This document shows, one piece after another, positions 45,609 through 55,095 of a stretch of DNA of 64,000 nucleotides. The stretch lies in NCBI GenBank assembly GCA_963757945.1, contig CAVWTN010000002.1, positions 1,606,974-1,670,973 of the forward strand, in the 5' to 3' direction. Origin of the DNA: Vulcanimicrobiota bacterium. GTDB taxonomy: Bacteria > Vulcanimicrobiota > Vulcanimicrobiia > Vulcanimicrobiales > Vulcanimicrobiaceae. The position numbers and the translations under genes were made by a program. The first letter of the stretch is position 1. Every line of letters starts with the position of its first letter. The notes under the pieces are model-generated. The model was not told the origin of the DNA, ran no database searches, and worked only from the letters and a program-made list of their open reading frames with translations.

Positions 45609-46067
45609 GTGGAGGATTTGGGTCAGGCGCGGTTTGTCGGTCGCTCCGAGCATTCCCTCGATGAGAAGGGACGGCTCGTCGTGCCCTCGCGCTTTCGCGA
45701 CCGCCTCGGCCAACGCTTTTACGTGACGATCGGGATCCCCGAAGGCTACCTCTCCCTCTACCCGGAGGACGCCTGGGAGGATGAGGTCGGCAAGCGGCTC
45801 GACGCGGCGCCGCTGACCGACGAGACCTACGAGCGCAACGAAAACTTCCTGCGCTACGTGATGCAGCATACCGAGGAAGCCTCGCTCGACGGCCAGGGAC
45901 GCTTCGTGATCCCGCCGGCGCTGCGGGCCTTCGCGGGGATCGAGCGCGACGTCGTCGCGATCGGGTACAACCGGCGGATCGAGCTCTGGGCGAAGGACCG
46001 CCTGGGCGACGTCGCCCCGACGCCCGCCGAGGCGCGCGCGACCAAGATCGCCATAGGACTCAAATAG
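45609..46067 (+). CDS. mraZ: Transcriptional regulator MraZ.
   Basis: Duplicated MraZ motifs FVGRSEHSLDEKGRLVVPSRFRDRL and ...ASLDGQGRFVIPPALRAFAGI. GTG start in frame. First gene of the dcw cluster. Confidence 0.85.
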   Translation: MEDLGQARFVGRSEHSLDEKGRLVVPSRFRDRLGQRFYVTIGIPEGYLSLYPEDAWEDEVGKRLDAAPLTDETYERNENFLRYVMQHTEEASLDGQGRFVIPPALRAFAGIERDVVAIGYNRRIELWAKDRLGDVAPTPAEARATKIAIGLK

Positions 46068-46068
46068 T

Positions 46069-46959
46069 GTGCTGGGCAGCGATGCCGGCACTGCCGGCCA
46101 CGTCCCCGTCTTGCTTGCCGAGACCCTTGCGGGCCTCGCGCCGCGTCCGGCCGGCCTCTACGTCGACGCGACGTTCGGCGCCGGCGGTCATAGCCGTGCC
46201 CTTCTCGCTGCACTCGGCCCCGGCGGACGCGTGCTCGCGCTCGATCGCGACCCCCACGCCCGGCTGCTCCCCGGCGACGAGCCCGGGCTCGAACTCGTCG
46301 CGGCGAATTTCGCGGACCTCGCGACCGTCCTCGACGAGCGGGGGATCGACCTCGTCGACGGGGTGCTCTTCGATTTCGGCGTCTCGTCGATGCAATTCGA
46401 CGAGCCCTCGCGCGGCTTCTCGCTCGCGGCGGACGGACCGCTCGATATGCGCATGACGCCCACGAGCGGCCAGAGCGCCTACGAGTTCCTCGCGACCAGC
46501 GACGAGCGGCAGATCGCCGACGCGATCTTCCTCTATGGAGAGGAGCGCGCCGCGCGCCGGATCGCGCGTGCGATCGTCGCCGCGCGCGAGGCCGGGAAGC
46601 TGCCGGAGCGGACGCTCGAACTCGCGCGCCTGGTCGCGGGCGTCGTGCACGTGCGCGGCAAGCGCGAGCGGATCCATCCCGCGACGCGCACGTTCCAGGC
46701 GCTCCGCATCGCCGTCAACGACGAACTCGGCTCGATCGAGCGCGGGCTCGATGCCGCGATCGCGCGCACGCGCCCCGGCGGGCGCATCGCGGCGATCTCC
46801 TTTCACTCGCTCGAGGACCGTATCGTGAAGCAGCGTTTTCGTTCCGACGAGCGCGTCGCCGCGCTCGCCAAGAAACCGATCGTCGCCGGCGACGAGGAAC
46901 TCGCGCGCAACCCGCGCGCACGCAGCGCGAAGCTGCGGATTGCGGAGCGTCTAGCATGA
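46069..46959 (+). CDS. rsmH: 16S rRNA (cytosine1402-N4)-methyltransferase RsmH (MraW).
   Basis: GHVPVLLAETLAGL...YVDATFGAGGHSRALL...AISFHSLEDRIVK. Confidence 0.9.
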   Translation: MLGSDAGTAGHVPVLLAETLAGLAPRPAGLYVDATFGAGGHSRALLAALGPGGRVLALDRDPHARLLPGDEPGLELVAANFADLATVLDERGIDLVDGVLFDFGVSSMQFDEPSRGFSLAADGPLDMRMTPTSGQSAYEFLATSDERQIADAIFLYGEERAARRIARAIVAAREAGKLPERTLELARLVAGVVHVRGKRERIHPATRTFQALRIAVNDELGSIERGLDAAIARTRPGGRIAAISFHSLEDRIVKQRFRSDERVAALAKKPIVAGDEELARNPRARSAKLRIAERLA

Positions 46960-47387
46960 TCGCCCATCAACTTCCCGCCCAAGACACTCCCCGGCTGCGC
47001 GTCGGGACCCGCTCGGCCCGCACGGCGACCGAGCTGCGGCGCGGGCGCATCCGGCGCAGCCGCTACGCCGACGTCATGCGCATCGCGATCTTCACGGCGC
47101 TCGCCACGATCGTCGGGCTCGGCTATCTGCTGCTGGTAGCGAACATCACGCGCATGCATTACGAAACCTCGCGCGCTCAAGCGCAACGTGCGGCGCTGCA
47201 AGAGGAGACGCAGCGGCTCGACGATGAGATCGCGCGCCTTTCCTCGCGCGAGCGTCTCGCGGTGCTCGCGACGCACTTGGGCATGAAGGAATCCGCGGCG
47301 TTCAGCGTCGTGCAACTGCCGCAGCCGGTGGTCGCGCGCTCGGGGCGCCTCCCGATCCTGTCTTCGATCGCCGGCTGGGGGCGTTAA
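46956..47387 (+). CDS. ftsL: Cell division protein FtsL-like (single TM plus coiled coil).
   Basis: TM IAIFTALATIVGLGYLLLVANI followed by the coiled coil QAQRAALQEETQRLDDEIARL. Position between rsmH and ftsI. ATGA overlap with rsmH. Confidence 0.7.
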   Translation: MIAHQLPAQDTPRLRVGTRSARTATELRRGRIRRSRYADVMRIAIFTALATIVGLGYLLLVANITRMHYETSRAQAQRAALQEETQRLDDEIARLSSRERLAVLATHLGMKESAAFSVVQLPQPVVARSGRLPILSSIAGWGR

Positions 47388-47388
47388 G

Positions 47389-49161
47389 TTGACGGGTGGC
47401 CGGCCGGCGCGCGCCCTCGCGCGCGTTGCAGCGGCCCGCGCCCGCGCGCTGTTCTGGATCGCGGCCACGCTCGCGCTCTTCCTGGTGTGGCGGCTCTTCG
47501 CGATTCAAGTGATCGATGGGCCCAAGCTCGCGCATCAAGCGGACCTGCAGCATCGCGAAACCTCGCACGTGATCCCGCGGCGCGGCACGATCTACGATCG
47601 CGACGGCGTTGCGCTCGTGCGCTCGCTCCCCTCGCAAAGCATCTATGCCGACACGCCGGAAGTCGGGAATCCCGGCTTGACCGCGCGCGCGCTCGCTCCG
47701 GTTTTGGGGCGTTCCGCCGACAGCCTCCTCGCGCAATTGGAAGACGTTCCGGCGTACGAGTTGCTCGCGCGCAAAGTGCCGCGCGACGTCGCGCTGCGCG
47801 TGCACGCGCTGAACCTGCCGGGGATCCGCGTCGATCCGGAGTTCTCCGGCGTGCGCTACGTCGTCTCCGGGCGGCTCGCGTCCACCGCGATCGGCTTCAC
47901 CGGCACGGACGAGAACGGCCTCGAGGGGATCGAGTACGCCTACGATTCGCTCCTGCGCGGAACGCCCGGCAAGGTCGCGGTCGAGACCGATAACGGCGGT
48001 GGCACGATGCCCTTCGCGCAGCCGCGCATCGAGAAAGCGTCCAAGGCCGGGCACAGCCTGCAGCTCACGCTCGATTCTTCCTTGCAGTTCAGCTGCGAGC
48101 AAGTGCTGCGCGAGACGGTTCGGAAGTACTCCGCGCGCAGCGGGACCGCGATCGTGATGGACCCGCGGACCGGCGAGATCCTCGCGCTGGCCAACGTGCC
48201 GGATTACGATCTGCGCGATTTCCGCCACGCCTCGCCCGACGCGCGGCGCGACCGCGCGGTGATGGACGTGTACGAGCCCGGCTCGACGTTCAAGCTGTTC
48301 ACCGCGGCGGCGGCGCTGGAAAAGGGCATCTCGCCGAAGGCGCGCTTCCCGGCGCGCGATACGCTCGCGATCGGCGGCCGCGTGATCCACAACGCGGAAG
48401 ACGGCTTCATGGCCGGGACCGGCGGGACCGAATCGATCGAAGACATCATCGCGTACTCGCACAACGTGGGCGCGGCGGAACTGGGGATCGCGACGGGGCG
48501 CAGCGCGCTCTACAAGACGATTCGCGCGTTCGGCTTCGGCGAGAAGACGAACTCCGGCTTGCCGGGCGAGAGCGCCGGGATCGTGCCCGCGCCCGAGGAT
48601 TGGAGCGGCACGTCGCTGCCGACGATCTCGTTCGGGCACGGCATCTCGACGACGCCGCTCGGTTTGGTGCGCGCGTACGCCGCGATCGCAAACGGCGGGA
48701 TCCTCGTGCGCCCGCGGATCCTCGCCGCGATCCTGGATGCGGACGGACACGTCGTCTATCGTTACGGTCCGGAGATCGAGCGGCGCGCGATCTCGGAACG
48801 CACCGCGGCGCAGCTGCGCAAGTACTTGCGCGCCGTCGTCGTGCGCGGGACCGGGAATCCGACCGCGCGCGTCGCCGGTTACACGACCGCGGGCAAGACC
48901 GGAACGGCGCAGGTCGCCGAAAACGGCCGCTACCTCTCGGGCGCCTACGTCGCGTCCTTCGTCGGAATGATCCCCGCCGAAGTGCCGAAGTTCGTGATCC
49001 TCGTGAAGATCGAGCGGCCGCGCGGCGCGATCTACGGCAGCGTGGTCGCGGCGCCCGCGTTCGCGAAGATCGCGCGCGCGGCGATGTTGAACGCGGGCGT
49101 CCTGCCCGCGGAAACCTCTCGCTTGGTTCGGGCCGGCCCCGCGTCGAAGCGAGAGTTATGA
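47389..49161 (+). CDS. ftsI: Peptidoglycan D,D-transpeptidase FtsI (class B PBP).
   Basis: SxxK: GSTFKLFTAAAALEKG. SHN: YSHNVGAA. KTGT: GKTGTAQ. N-terminal TM anchor. Confidence 0.9.
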   Translation: MTGGRPARALARVAAARARALFWIAATLALFLVWRLFAIQVIDGPKLAHQADLQHRETSHVIPRRGTIYDRDGVALVRSLPSQSIYADTPEVGNPGLTARALAPVLGRSADSLLAQLEDVPAYELLARKVPRDVALRVHALNLPGIRVDPEFSGVRYVVSGRLASTAIGFTGTDENGLEGIEYAYDSLLRGTPGKVAVETDNGGGTMPFAQPRIEKASKAGHSLQLTLDSSLQFSCEQVLRETVRKYSARSGTAIVMDPRTGEILALANVPDYDLRDFRHASPDARRDRAVMDVYEPGSTFKLFTAAAALEKGISPKARFPARDTLAIGGRVIHNAEDGFMAGTGGTESIEDIIAYSHNVGAAELGIATGRSALYKTIRAFGFGEKTNSGLPGESAGIVPAPEDWSGTSLPTISFGHGISTTPLGLVRAYAAIANGGILVRPRILAAILDADGHVVYRYGPEIERRAISERTAAQLRKYLRAVVVRGTGNPTARVAGYTTAGKTGTAQVAENGRYLSGAYVASFVGMIPAEVPKFVILVKIERPRGAIYGSVVAAPAFAKIARAAMLNAGVLPAETSRLVRAGPASKREL

Positions 49162-50645
49162 ACGGTGCGTCCCTTACAATGAGCGTCGCTCGGTTAGTTG
49201 AAAACCTCGACGGCGCCCGGATCGTCGGCCCTGCAGATCGGACGGTCGAATCGATCGTGCACGATTCGCGCGCCGCGCGGCCCGGGAGCGCGTACGTCGC
49301 GGTGCCCGGCACGCGCGTCGACGGCCACGCGTTCGTCGCCGAAGCGCTCGCCGCGGGCGCCTCGACGATCGTGATCGACGCGGCCCACGCGGCGCTCGCC
49401 GAAGCCGCCGGCGCCGCGTATACGGCGGTCATCGTCCCGGAAACGACGCCCGCGCTCTCGCGCCTGGCCGCGACGTTCTACTCGAACCCCTCGGCGGCGC
49501 TCGACGTCATCGGCATCACCGGCACGAACGGCAAGACGACGACGGCCGCGCTCGTCGCCGCGCTGCTCGACGGCGCCGGCATCGCGGCGGGCCGCATCGG
49601 CACGCTCGGCGCGGAGTTCGGCGGCCACGAATGGCCGCTCGCGAACACGACCCCGCTCGCGCTCGAACTGCAGGCGCTGCTCGCGGAGATGCGGGGGCTC
49701 GGCGCGCGCGCCGTCGCGATGGAGGTCAGCTCGCACGCGCTCGCGCTCGAGCGCGTCGCCGACGTGCGCTTCGCGTGCGCCGTGCTGACGAACGTCACGC
49801 GCGACCACCTCGATTTTCACGGTTCCTTCGAAGCGTACGCCGCGGCGAAGCGGCAGCTCTTCGAGATGGCGCCCTTCGCGATCCTCAATCGCGACGATCC
49901 CAGCGGTGCGGCCTGGGCCCGCAGCCTCTCGCGGGAGCGCTGCGCGACCTACGGGCTCGATACGGTCGCCGACGTGCATGCCGAACGCCTGGAGGTCAGC
50001 GCGCGCGGCAGCGCGTTCGTCGTGGACGGGCAGCGCTTCGTGATCCGCTTGCCCGGCCGCTTCAACGTCGCGAACGCGCTTGCCGCGATCTGCGTCGCGC
50101 GCCGCTTCGGCATCGAGGACCGCGAGAGCGCGCACGTCTTGGCGGCGTTCGAGCGCGTGCCGGGGCGGATGGAGCATTTCGGCGGCGACGACGTCGACGT
50201 GATCGTCGATTACGCGCACACGCCCGACGCGCTCGCGAACGTGCTGCACGCCGCGCGCGACGCCGGCAGCGGCCGGGTGATCGTGGTGTTCGGCTGCGGC
50301 GGCGACCGCGATCGCGGCAAGCGCCCGGAGATGGGCCGCATCGCGCACGAACTCGCGGACCGCGCGATCGTCACGAGCGACAATCCGCGCGGCGAGGAAC
50401 CGCTCGAGATCATCGGCGAGATCCTTGCCGGGATCCCGCCCTCCGCGCGGATCGCGGTCGAGCCGGATAGGCGCAGCGCGATCCGCTTGGCGATCGCGGA
50501 GGCCGGGCCGGGCGACGTGGTCGTGATCGCGGGTAAGGGGCACGAGACCTACCAGATCGCGGGCGCGCAGCGCTTGCACTTCGACGATCGCGAAGAAGCG
50601 GCGGCGGCCTTGCGCGAGCGCGCTCGCGCCGGGGGGGCGGCATGA
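49158..50645 (+). CDS. murE: UDP-N-acetylmuramoyl-L-alanyl-D-glutamate--2,6-diaminopimelate ligase MurE (DNPR motif, meso-DAP type).
   Basis: IGITGTNGKTTT, ...VTSDNPRGEEP. ATGA overlap with ftsI. The listed ORF 48600 has an upstream extension. Confidence 0.9.
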   Translation: MNGASLTMSVARLVENLDGARIVGPADRTVESIVHDSRAARPGSAYVAVPGTRVDGHAFVAEALAAGASTIVIDAAHAALAEAAGAAYTAVIVPETTPALSRLAATFYSNPSAALDVIGITGTNGKTTTAALVAALLDGAGIAAGRIGTLGAEFGGHEWPLANTTPLALELQALLAEMRGLGARAVAMEVSSHALALERVADVRFACAVLTNVTRDHLDFHGSFEAYAAAKRQLFEMAPFAILNRDDPSGAAWARSLSRERCATYGLDTVADVHAERLEVSARGSAFVVDGQRFVIRLPGRFNVANALAAICVARRFGIEDRESAHVLAAFERVPGRMEHFGGDDVDVIVDYAHTPDALANVLHAARDAGSGRVIVVFGCGGDRDRGKRPEMGRIAHELADRAIVTSDNPRGEEPLEIIGEILAGIPPSARIAVEPDRRSAIRLAIAEAGPGDVVVIAGKGHETYQIAGAQRLHFDDREEAAAALRERARAGGAA

Positions 50646-52018
50646 GCGTCGCGACGATGGCGGCGCTCTCCGCGAGCGGAGCGCGCACGCTCGCGCCCGA
50701 GCGGCTGCCGCAGACGCTGCGCATCTCGACGGATACGCGCACGCTGCAGCCGGGCGAGTCGTTCCTCGCGCTGCAGGGCCCGAACTACGACGGCCACAGC
50801 TTCGTGCGCGCGGCGCTCGAGCGCGGCGCGCTCGCGCTCGTCGTCTCCGATCCGAGCGTCGTCCCCGCGGGCGTTCCGGCGCTCGTCGTCGCCGATACGA
50901 ACGCGGCGTACCGCGCGTTCGCCGCGACCGCCCGGCGCGCGCTGCGCGCTCGCGTCGTCGCGATCACCGGCAGCACCGGCAAGACGACGACGAAATCGCT
51001 GCTCGCGCAGTTGCTCGATCGCGCGGGCCTGGGGCGCGTCGCCGCCACGCCCGCGAACGAGAACAACGAGATCGGCGTCAGCAAGCTCTTCCTCTCGCTC
51101 GACGATCGCACGGAGATCGTCGTCGCCGAATTCGGCTGCCGCCGGTACGGCGATATCGAACCGCTCGTGGAGATCGCGCGGCCGGACATCGCGCTCCTCA
51201 CGAACGTCGGCGATGCGCACTTGGAGATCATGGGCTCGCGCGAGCGCCTGATCGAAACGAAGTTCGGCATCTTCGCGAGCGGCGCGCTTCCGATCCTCAA
51301 CGCCGCCGACGAGGTCTCGCGCGAGCGTTACGGCGTGCTCGCGCGCGAGCCGCGCTGGTTCGCCGCGCTCGACGCCGTCGCGGGCGATCTGCCCGCGGGG
51401 CACGTCACGCTGGTCGCGGCCGATCGCGTCCACGTGCGCGACACGGACGGCACGGTGGAACGGCCGCTCGACGTGCGCTTGCCCGGCGCGCACAATCTCG
51501 CGAACCTCGCGGCCGCGTTCGCGGCGGCGCTGGCGCTGGGCGCGGATCTTGGGACGCTCTGCGGGATCGTGCCGAGCCTCGCGCTCCCTTCGGGGCGCTA
51601 CGAGCGCTCGCAGATCGACGGCTTCGAGATCATCTTCGACGCGTACAACGCATCGATGGCGGGGACGCTCGCGACGCTCGGCTCGTTCGCCGAAGAACGC
51701 GCCGAGCGCAGGATCGCGGTGCTCGCGAGCATGGCGGAGCTCGGCGACGATGCGCCGCGCATGCACGAGCGCGTCGGTCAAGCCGCCGCGGGCGCCGGGC
51801 TCGAGCTGCTGCTGGTCGGCGGCGAATTCGCGGATTCGCTCGCGCGCGGCGCGCGGGGCGCGGGCTTCGTCGACGAGCGGATCATCCGCTTCGAGGACAA
51901 CGCGCAGGCGGCCCGGGCGCTGCGCGACCGGGCGAAGCCGGGCGACCTGATCCTCTTCAAGGGTTCGCGGATGTATCGCCTCGAGGAGATCGTCCGTGCT
52001 TTGCGCGACGGTGGCTGA
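50642..52018 (+). CDS. murF: UDP-N-acetylmuramoyl-tripeptide--D-alanyl-D-alanine ligase MurF.
   Basis: ITGSTGKTTTK and the Mur ligase central and C-terminal domains. ATGA overlap with murE. Confidence 0.9.
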   Translation: MSVATMAALSASGARTLAPERLPQTLRISTDTRTLQPGESFLALQGPNYDGHSFVRAALERGALALVVSDPSVVPAGVPALVVADTNAAYRAFAATARRALRARVVAITGSTGKTTTKSLLAQLLDRAGLGRVAATPANENNEIGVSKLFLSLDDRTEIVVAEFGCRRYGDIEPLVEIARPDIALLTNVGDAHLEIMGSRERLIETKFGIFASGALPILNAADEVSRERYGVLAREPRWFAALDAVAGDLPAGHVTLVAADRVHVRDTDGTVERPLDVRLPGAHNLANLAAAFAAALALGADLGTLCGIVPSLALPSGRYERSQIDGFEIIFDAYNASMAGTLATLGSFAEERAERRIAVLASMAELGDDAPRMHERVGQAAAGAGLELLLVGGEFADSLARGARGAGFVDERIIRFEDNAQAARALRDRAKPGDLILFKGSRMYRLEEIVRALRDGG

Positions 52019-52742
52019 GCGCGTGGGGGGGTTCGCGGTGCGGGTGGTCGGCGCGCCGCTCGATGGGCCCAGCACCGAGCGCGGCGTCGTCGCGCTGCCC
52101 GTGCGCACGCGCCTGATCGAGCGTGGCGACGATATCGCCGAGCTCGTGGCCGCGGCCGTGAAGGGGATCGCGCAGCCGGGCGACGTCGTCGCGGTCGCCG
52201 AGACGGCGGTCGCGATCGCGCAGGGGCGCCTGATCCCCGCCGAGACCGTGCGGCCCGGAAAGCTCGCGCTGTTCCTCGCGCCGCGCGCGGGTGCGGCCTC
52301 GACCGTCAATCAGCCCGAATCGCTGCAGATCGTCATCGACAAGGTCGGCGCGCCGAAGGTCGTGATCGCGGCGCTGCTGCAGGTGGTTGGGCGCTTCATC
52401 GGCGTGCGCGGCGGTTTCTATCGCGTGCTCGGCGAGACGATCGCGGAGATCGACGGCTACACGGGAACGCTCCCGCCGTACGAAACGACGATCGTGCTTG
52501 GGCCCGAGGCCCCCGACCGCATCGCGAGCGAGATCGCCAAGCGTCTCGGCACGCACGCGCTGATCGTGGACGCGAACGATCTGGGCATCGCGAAGATCCT
52601 GGGCGCCTCGCCGGGCGTCTCGCGCGCGAACGCGGAAGCCGCCTTGCGCCACAATCCGCACGGGAACGGCGACGAACAGACGCCGATCGTCGTGCTGAAA
52701 TGGCGCGGCACGGGGCCGAGCCCGCTCGGGCGCGCCGCATGA
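51996..52742 (+). CDS. CofE / F420-0:gamma-glutamyl ligase-like domain protein, inserted between murF and mraY. The start is uncertain.
   Basis: ...RLIERGDDIAELVAAAVKGIAQPGDVVAVAETAVAIAQGRLIPAE...IVIDKVGAPKVVIAALL...GTHALIVDANDLG resembles the F420_ligase (CofE) fold. Overlaps murF (23 nt) and mraY (ATGA). Confidence 0.4.
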   Translation: MLCATVAERVGGFAVRVVGAPLDGPSTERGVVALPVRTRLIERGDDIAELVAAAVKGIAQPGDVVAVAETAVAIAQGRLIPAETVRPGKLALFLAPRAGAASTVNQPESLQIVIDKVGAPKVVIAALLQVVGRFIGVRGGFYRVLGETIAEIDGYTGTLPPYETTIVLGPEAPDRIASEIAKRLGTHALIVDANDLGIAKILGASPGVSRANAEAALRHNPHGNGDEQTPIVVLKWRGTGPSPLGRAA

Positions 52743-53692
52743 GCGCCACCCCGTTCGTGCTCTTCGCGCTCGTCCTGTCCGGCACGCTCGCGCTCGGCGG
52801 TCCGCTGATCGCAGCGCTGCGCGCGCTCGCCGTCCGCCAGACGGCCTACGAGGACGCGCCGAAGTCGCACGCGAGCAAGAGCGGCACGCCCACGATGGGC
52901 GGCCTGCTGTTCCTGTTCGGCTTGCTCGCGGCGCTCGCCGTGCGGCACGACGCCGCGACGGTCGCGCTCGCCGTCTTGGGCCTGGGCTGCGGGGCGATCG
53001 GCTTCTTCGACGACTACTCGGCGATCAAGCACGGCCGCAATCGCGGGCTGCGCGCGCGCGAGAAGTTCGCGCTGACCGCGCTCGTGGGCATCCTGTTCCT
53101 GTTTCTCGTGCGCGGCGAGCCGGCCGCGGCGAACTCGACGTTGCTGACGCTCGGCGGCACCGGGCTCGCGGCGCCCAGCTACGTCTGGTATCCGCTCGCG
53201 CTGCTCGCGATCCTCGCCACGATCCATGCCGTGAACCTCACCGACGGGCTCGACGGACTCGCGGCAGGAACGATCCTGCCGCCGCTCGCCGTGTTCGCAT
53301 GGCTCGGCTGGCGCGTCGGGAACGAAGGGGTAGTCCTCGTCGATCTCGCAACGGCCGCCGCGGTCCTGGGGTTTCTGGCATACAATCGGCATCCCGCGAA
53401 GGTGTTCATGGGCGATACGGGGTCCCTCGCGCTCGGCGGGATTCTGGCCGGGAGCGCCATCCTCACGGGATCCCTGCTCGTTCTCCCCTTGATCGGTGGC
53501 GTATTCTTAGCGGAAACGCTTTCGGTGATCATTCAAGTCGCATACTTCAAACGTACGCGGAAACGGATCTTTCGAATGAGCCCTCTCCACCATCATTTCG
53601 AACTGGGCGGCTGGCCCGAGACGACGGTGACGGCGCGGTTCTGGACGGCGTCGGCGTTGCTCTCGCTCGCCGGCGCGGTGCTCGTACGATGA
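52739..53692 (+). CDS. mraY: Phospho-N-acetylmuramoyl-pentapeptide-transferase MraY.
   Basis: Polytopic. ...TMGGLLFLF...NAVNLTDGLDGLAAG...HHHFE. Confidence 0.9.
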   Translation: MSATPFVLFALVLSGTLALGGPLIAALRALAVRQTAYEDAPKSHASKSGTPTMGGLLFLFGLLAALAVRHDAATVALAVLGLGCGAIGFFDDYSAIKHGRNRGLRAREKFALTALVGILFLFLVRGEPAAANSTLLTLGGTGLAAPSYVWYPLALLAILATIHAVNLTDGLDGLAAGTILPPLAVFAWLGWRVGNEGVVLVDLATAAAVLGFLAYNRHPAKVFMGDTGSLALGGILAGSAILTGSLLVLPLIGGVFLAETLSVIIQVAYFKRTRKRIFRMSPLHHHFELGGWPETTVTARFWTASALLSLAGAVLVR

Positions 53693-55095
53693 CGCCGCAG
53701 GCATCGGGGACGTTCGACGCGCGCGAACGAGCGCTCGTCATTGGTCTCGGGCGCAGCGGCCTCGCGAGCGCCGCCGTGCTGCGCGAGCGCGGGGCGACCG
53801 TCATCGCGACCGACGATAAGCCGCGCGAAGAGCTCGCCGCGGCCCTGGCGACGCTCGCTCAGATCGGCGTGCGCTACGTTCCCCCCGAAGCGCTCGAGGC
53901 GGAGTTCGCCACGCTGACCTCGGCCGTGCTCTCGCCCGGGATCCCGTTGACGAACGCGCTCGTGCGGCGCGTCCAGGCGGCTCGCATCTCGGTCTACAGC
54001 GAGATCGAAGTGGCCTACCGCATCTCCCGCGCGCCGATCGTCGCGCTGACCGGCACGAAGGGCAAGTCGACGACGACCGCGCTGATCGGCGCGCTGTTCC
54101 GCAGCGCCGGCTTCACGACGTACGTGGGCGGGAACATCGGCAACCCGCTGATCCGGGAGACGGCGCTGGCGGGGCCGGAATCCTGGGTGATCGCCGAGGT
54201 CAGCTCGTTCCAGCTCGAATCGATCCGTTCGTTCAAGCCGCGCATCTCGGTGCTGATCAACATCTCGCCGGATCACTTGGACCGCTATCACTCGATGGAC
54301 GAGTACACCGAAGCGAAGTTCCGCATCTTCGCGAACCAAGGCCCGGGCGACACGTTCGTCGGGAACCTGGACGACCCGGTCATCGCGGCGCTCGGCGAGG
54401 GCGATGCCGCCAAGCGTCTGCGGGCGCGCGTCCTCTGGTTCGCGCGCAAGGCGCCGCGCGGCGCGACGCTCTACGTGCGCAACGAGCGCATCGTGTACGC
54501 GCCGCCGAGCGGCGACCCGCGCCCGATCGAGATCATGCCCGTCTCGGAGATCCCGCTGCTCGGCGCGCACAACGTCGACAACGTGCTCGCCGCCGTGCTG
54601 GCCGGCCTCGCCGCGGACTTGAATCCCGAGGCGATCCGGCGGGGCGTGCGCGAGTTCAGCGCGCTCGCGCACCGGCTGCAACTCGTGGCCCAGATCGAGG
54701 GCGTGCGCTACATCGATGACTCCAAGGCGACCAATCCCGGCGCCGTGATCGCGGCGCTGCGCGCGTTCGACGCGCCGATCGTGTTGATCGCGGGCGGCAA
54801 GTCGAAAGGGACGGATTTCGGCGCGCTCGGCGTCGTCGCGTCGGAACGCGCGAAGGCGGTCATCGTGATCGGCGAAGCCGCCGACGAGATCGCGAGCACC
54901 GTCGCGCGCGACAAGGTCCGGCGCGCGGCCTCGATGGCCGAAGCCGTGCAGATCGCGCGGGATCTCGCCCAGCCGGGCGACGTCGTCCTGCTCTCGCCGG
55001 GCTGCGCCTCGTTCGACATGTTCGCATCGGCCGAAGCGCGCGGCGACGAGTTCGCGCGCGCGGTCGCTCCCGCGGAGGCGGCGCATGGCGCCTGA
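53689..55095 (+). CDS. murD: UDP-N-acetylmuramoylalanine--D-glutamate ligase MurD.
   Basis: LVIGLGRSGLASAAVL, ALTGTKGKSTTTALI. ATGA overlap with mraY. Confidence 0.9.
   Translation: MTPQASGTFDARERALVIGLGRSGLASAAVLRERGATVIATDDKPREELAAALATLAQIGVRYVPPEALEAEFATLTSAVLSPGIPLTNALVRRVQAARISVYSEIEVAYRISRAPIVALTGTKGKSTTTALIGALFRSAGFTTYVGGNIGNPLIRETALAGPESWVIAEVSSFQLESIRSFKPRISVLINISPDHLDRYHSMDEYTEAKFRIFANQGPGDTFVGNLDDPVIAALGEGDAAKRLRARVLWFARKAPRGATLYVRNERIVYAPPSGDPRPIEIMPVSEIPLLGAHNVDNVLAAVLAGLAADLNPEAIRRGVREFSALAHRLQLVAQIEGVRYIDDSKATNPGAVIAALRAFDAPIVLIAGGKSKGTDFGALGVVASERAKAVIVIGEAADEIASTVARDKVRRAASMAEAVQIARDLAQPGDVVLLSPGCASFDMFASAEARGDEFARAVAPAEAAHGA

Noticed and set aside
48600-50645. Long N-terminal extensions of MurE (48600), MurD (53299), MurG (55246), MurB (58600) and Ddl (59016) in the ORF track.
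   Set aside because: The extensions overlap the preceding conserved gene in another frame. Canonical starts with ATGA/GTGA coupling were chosen instead.
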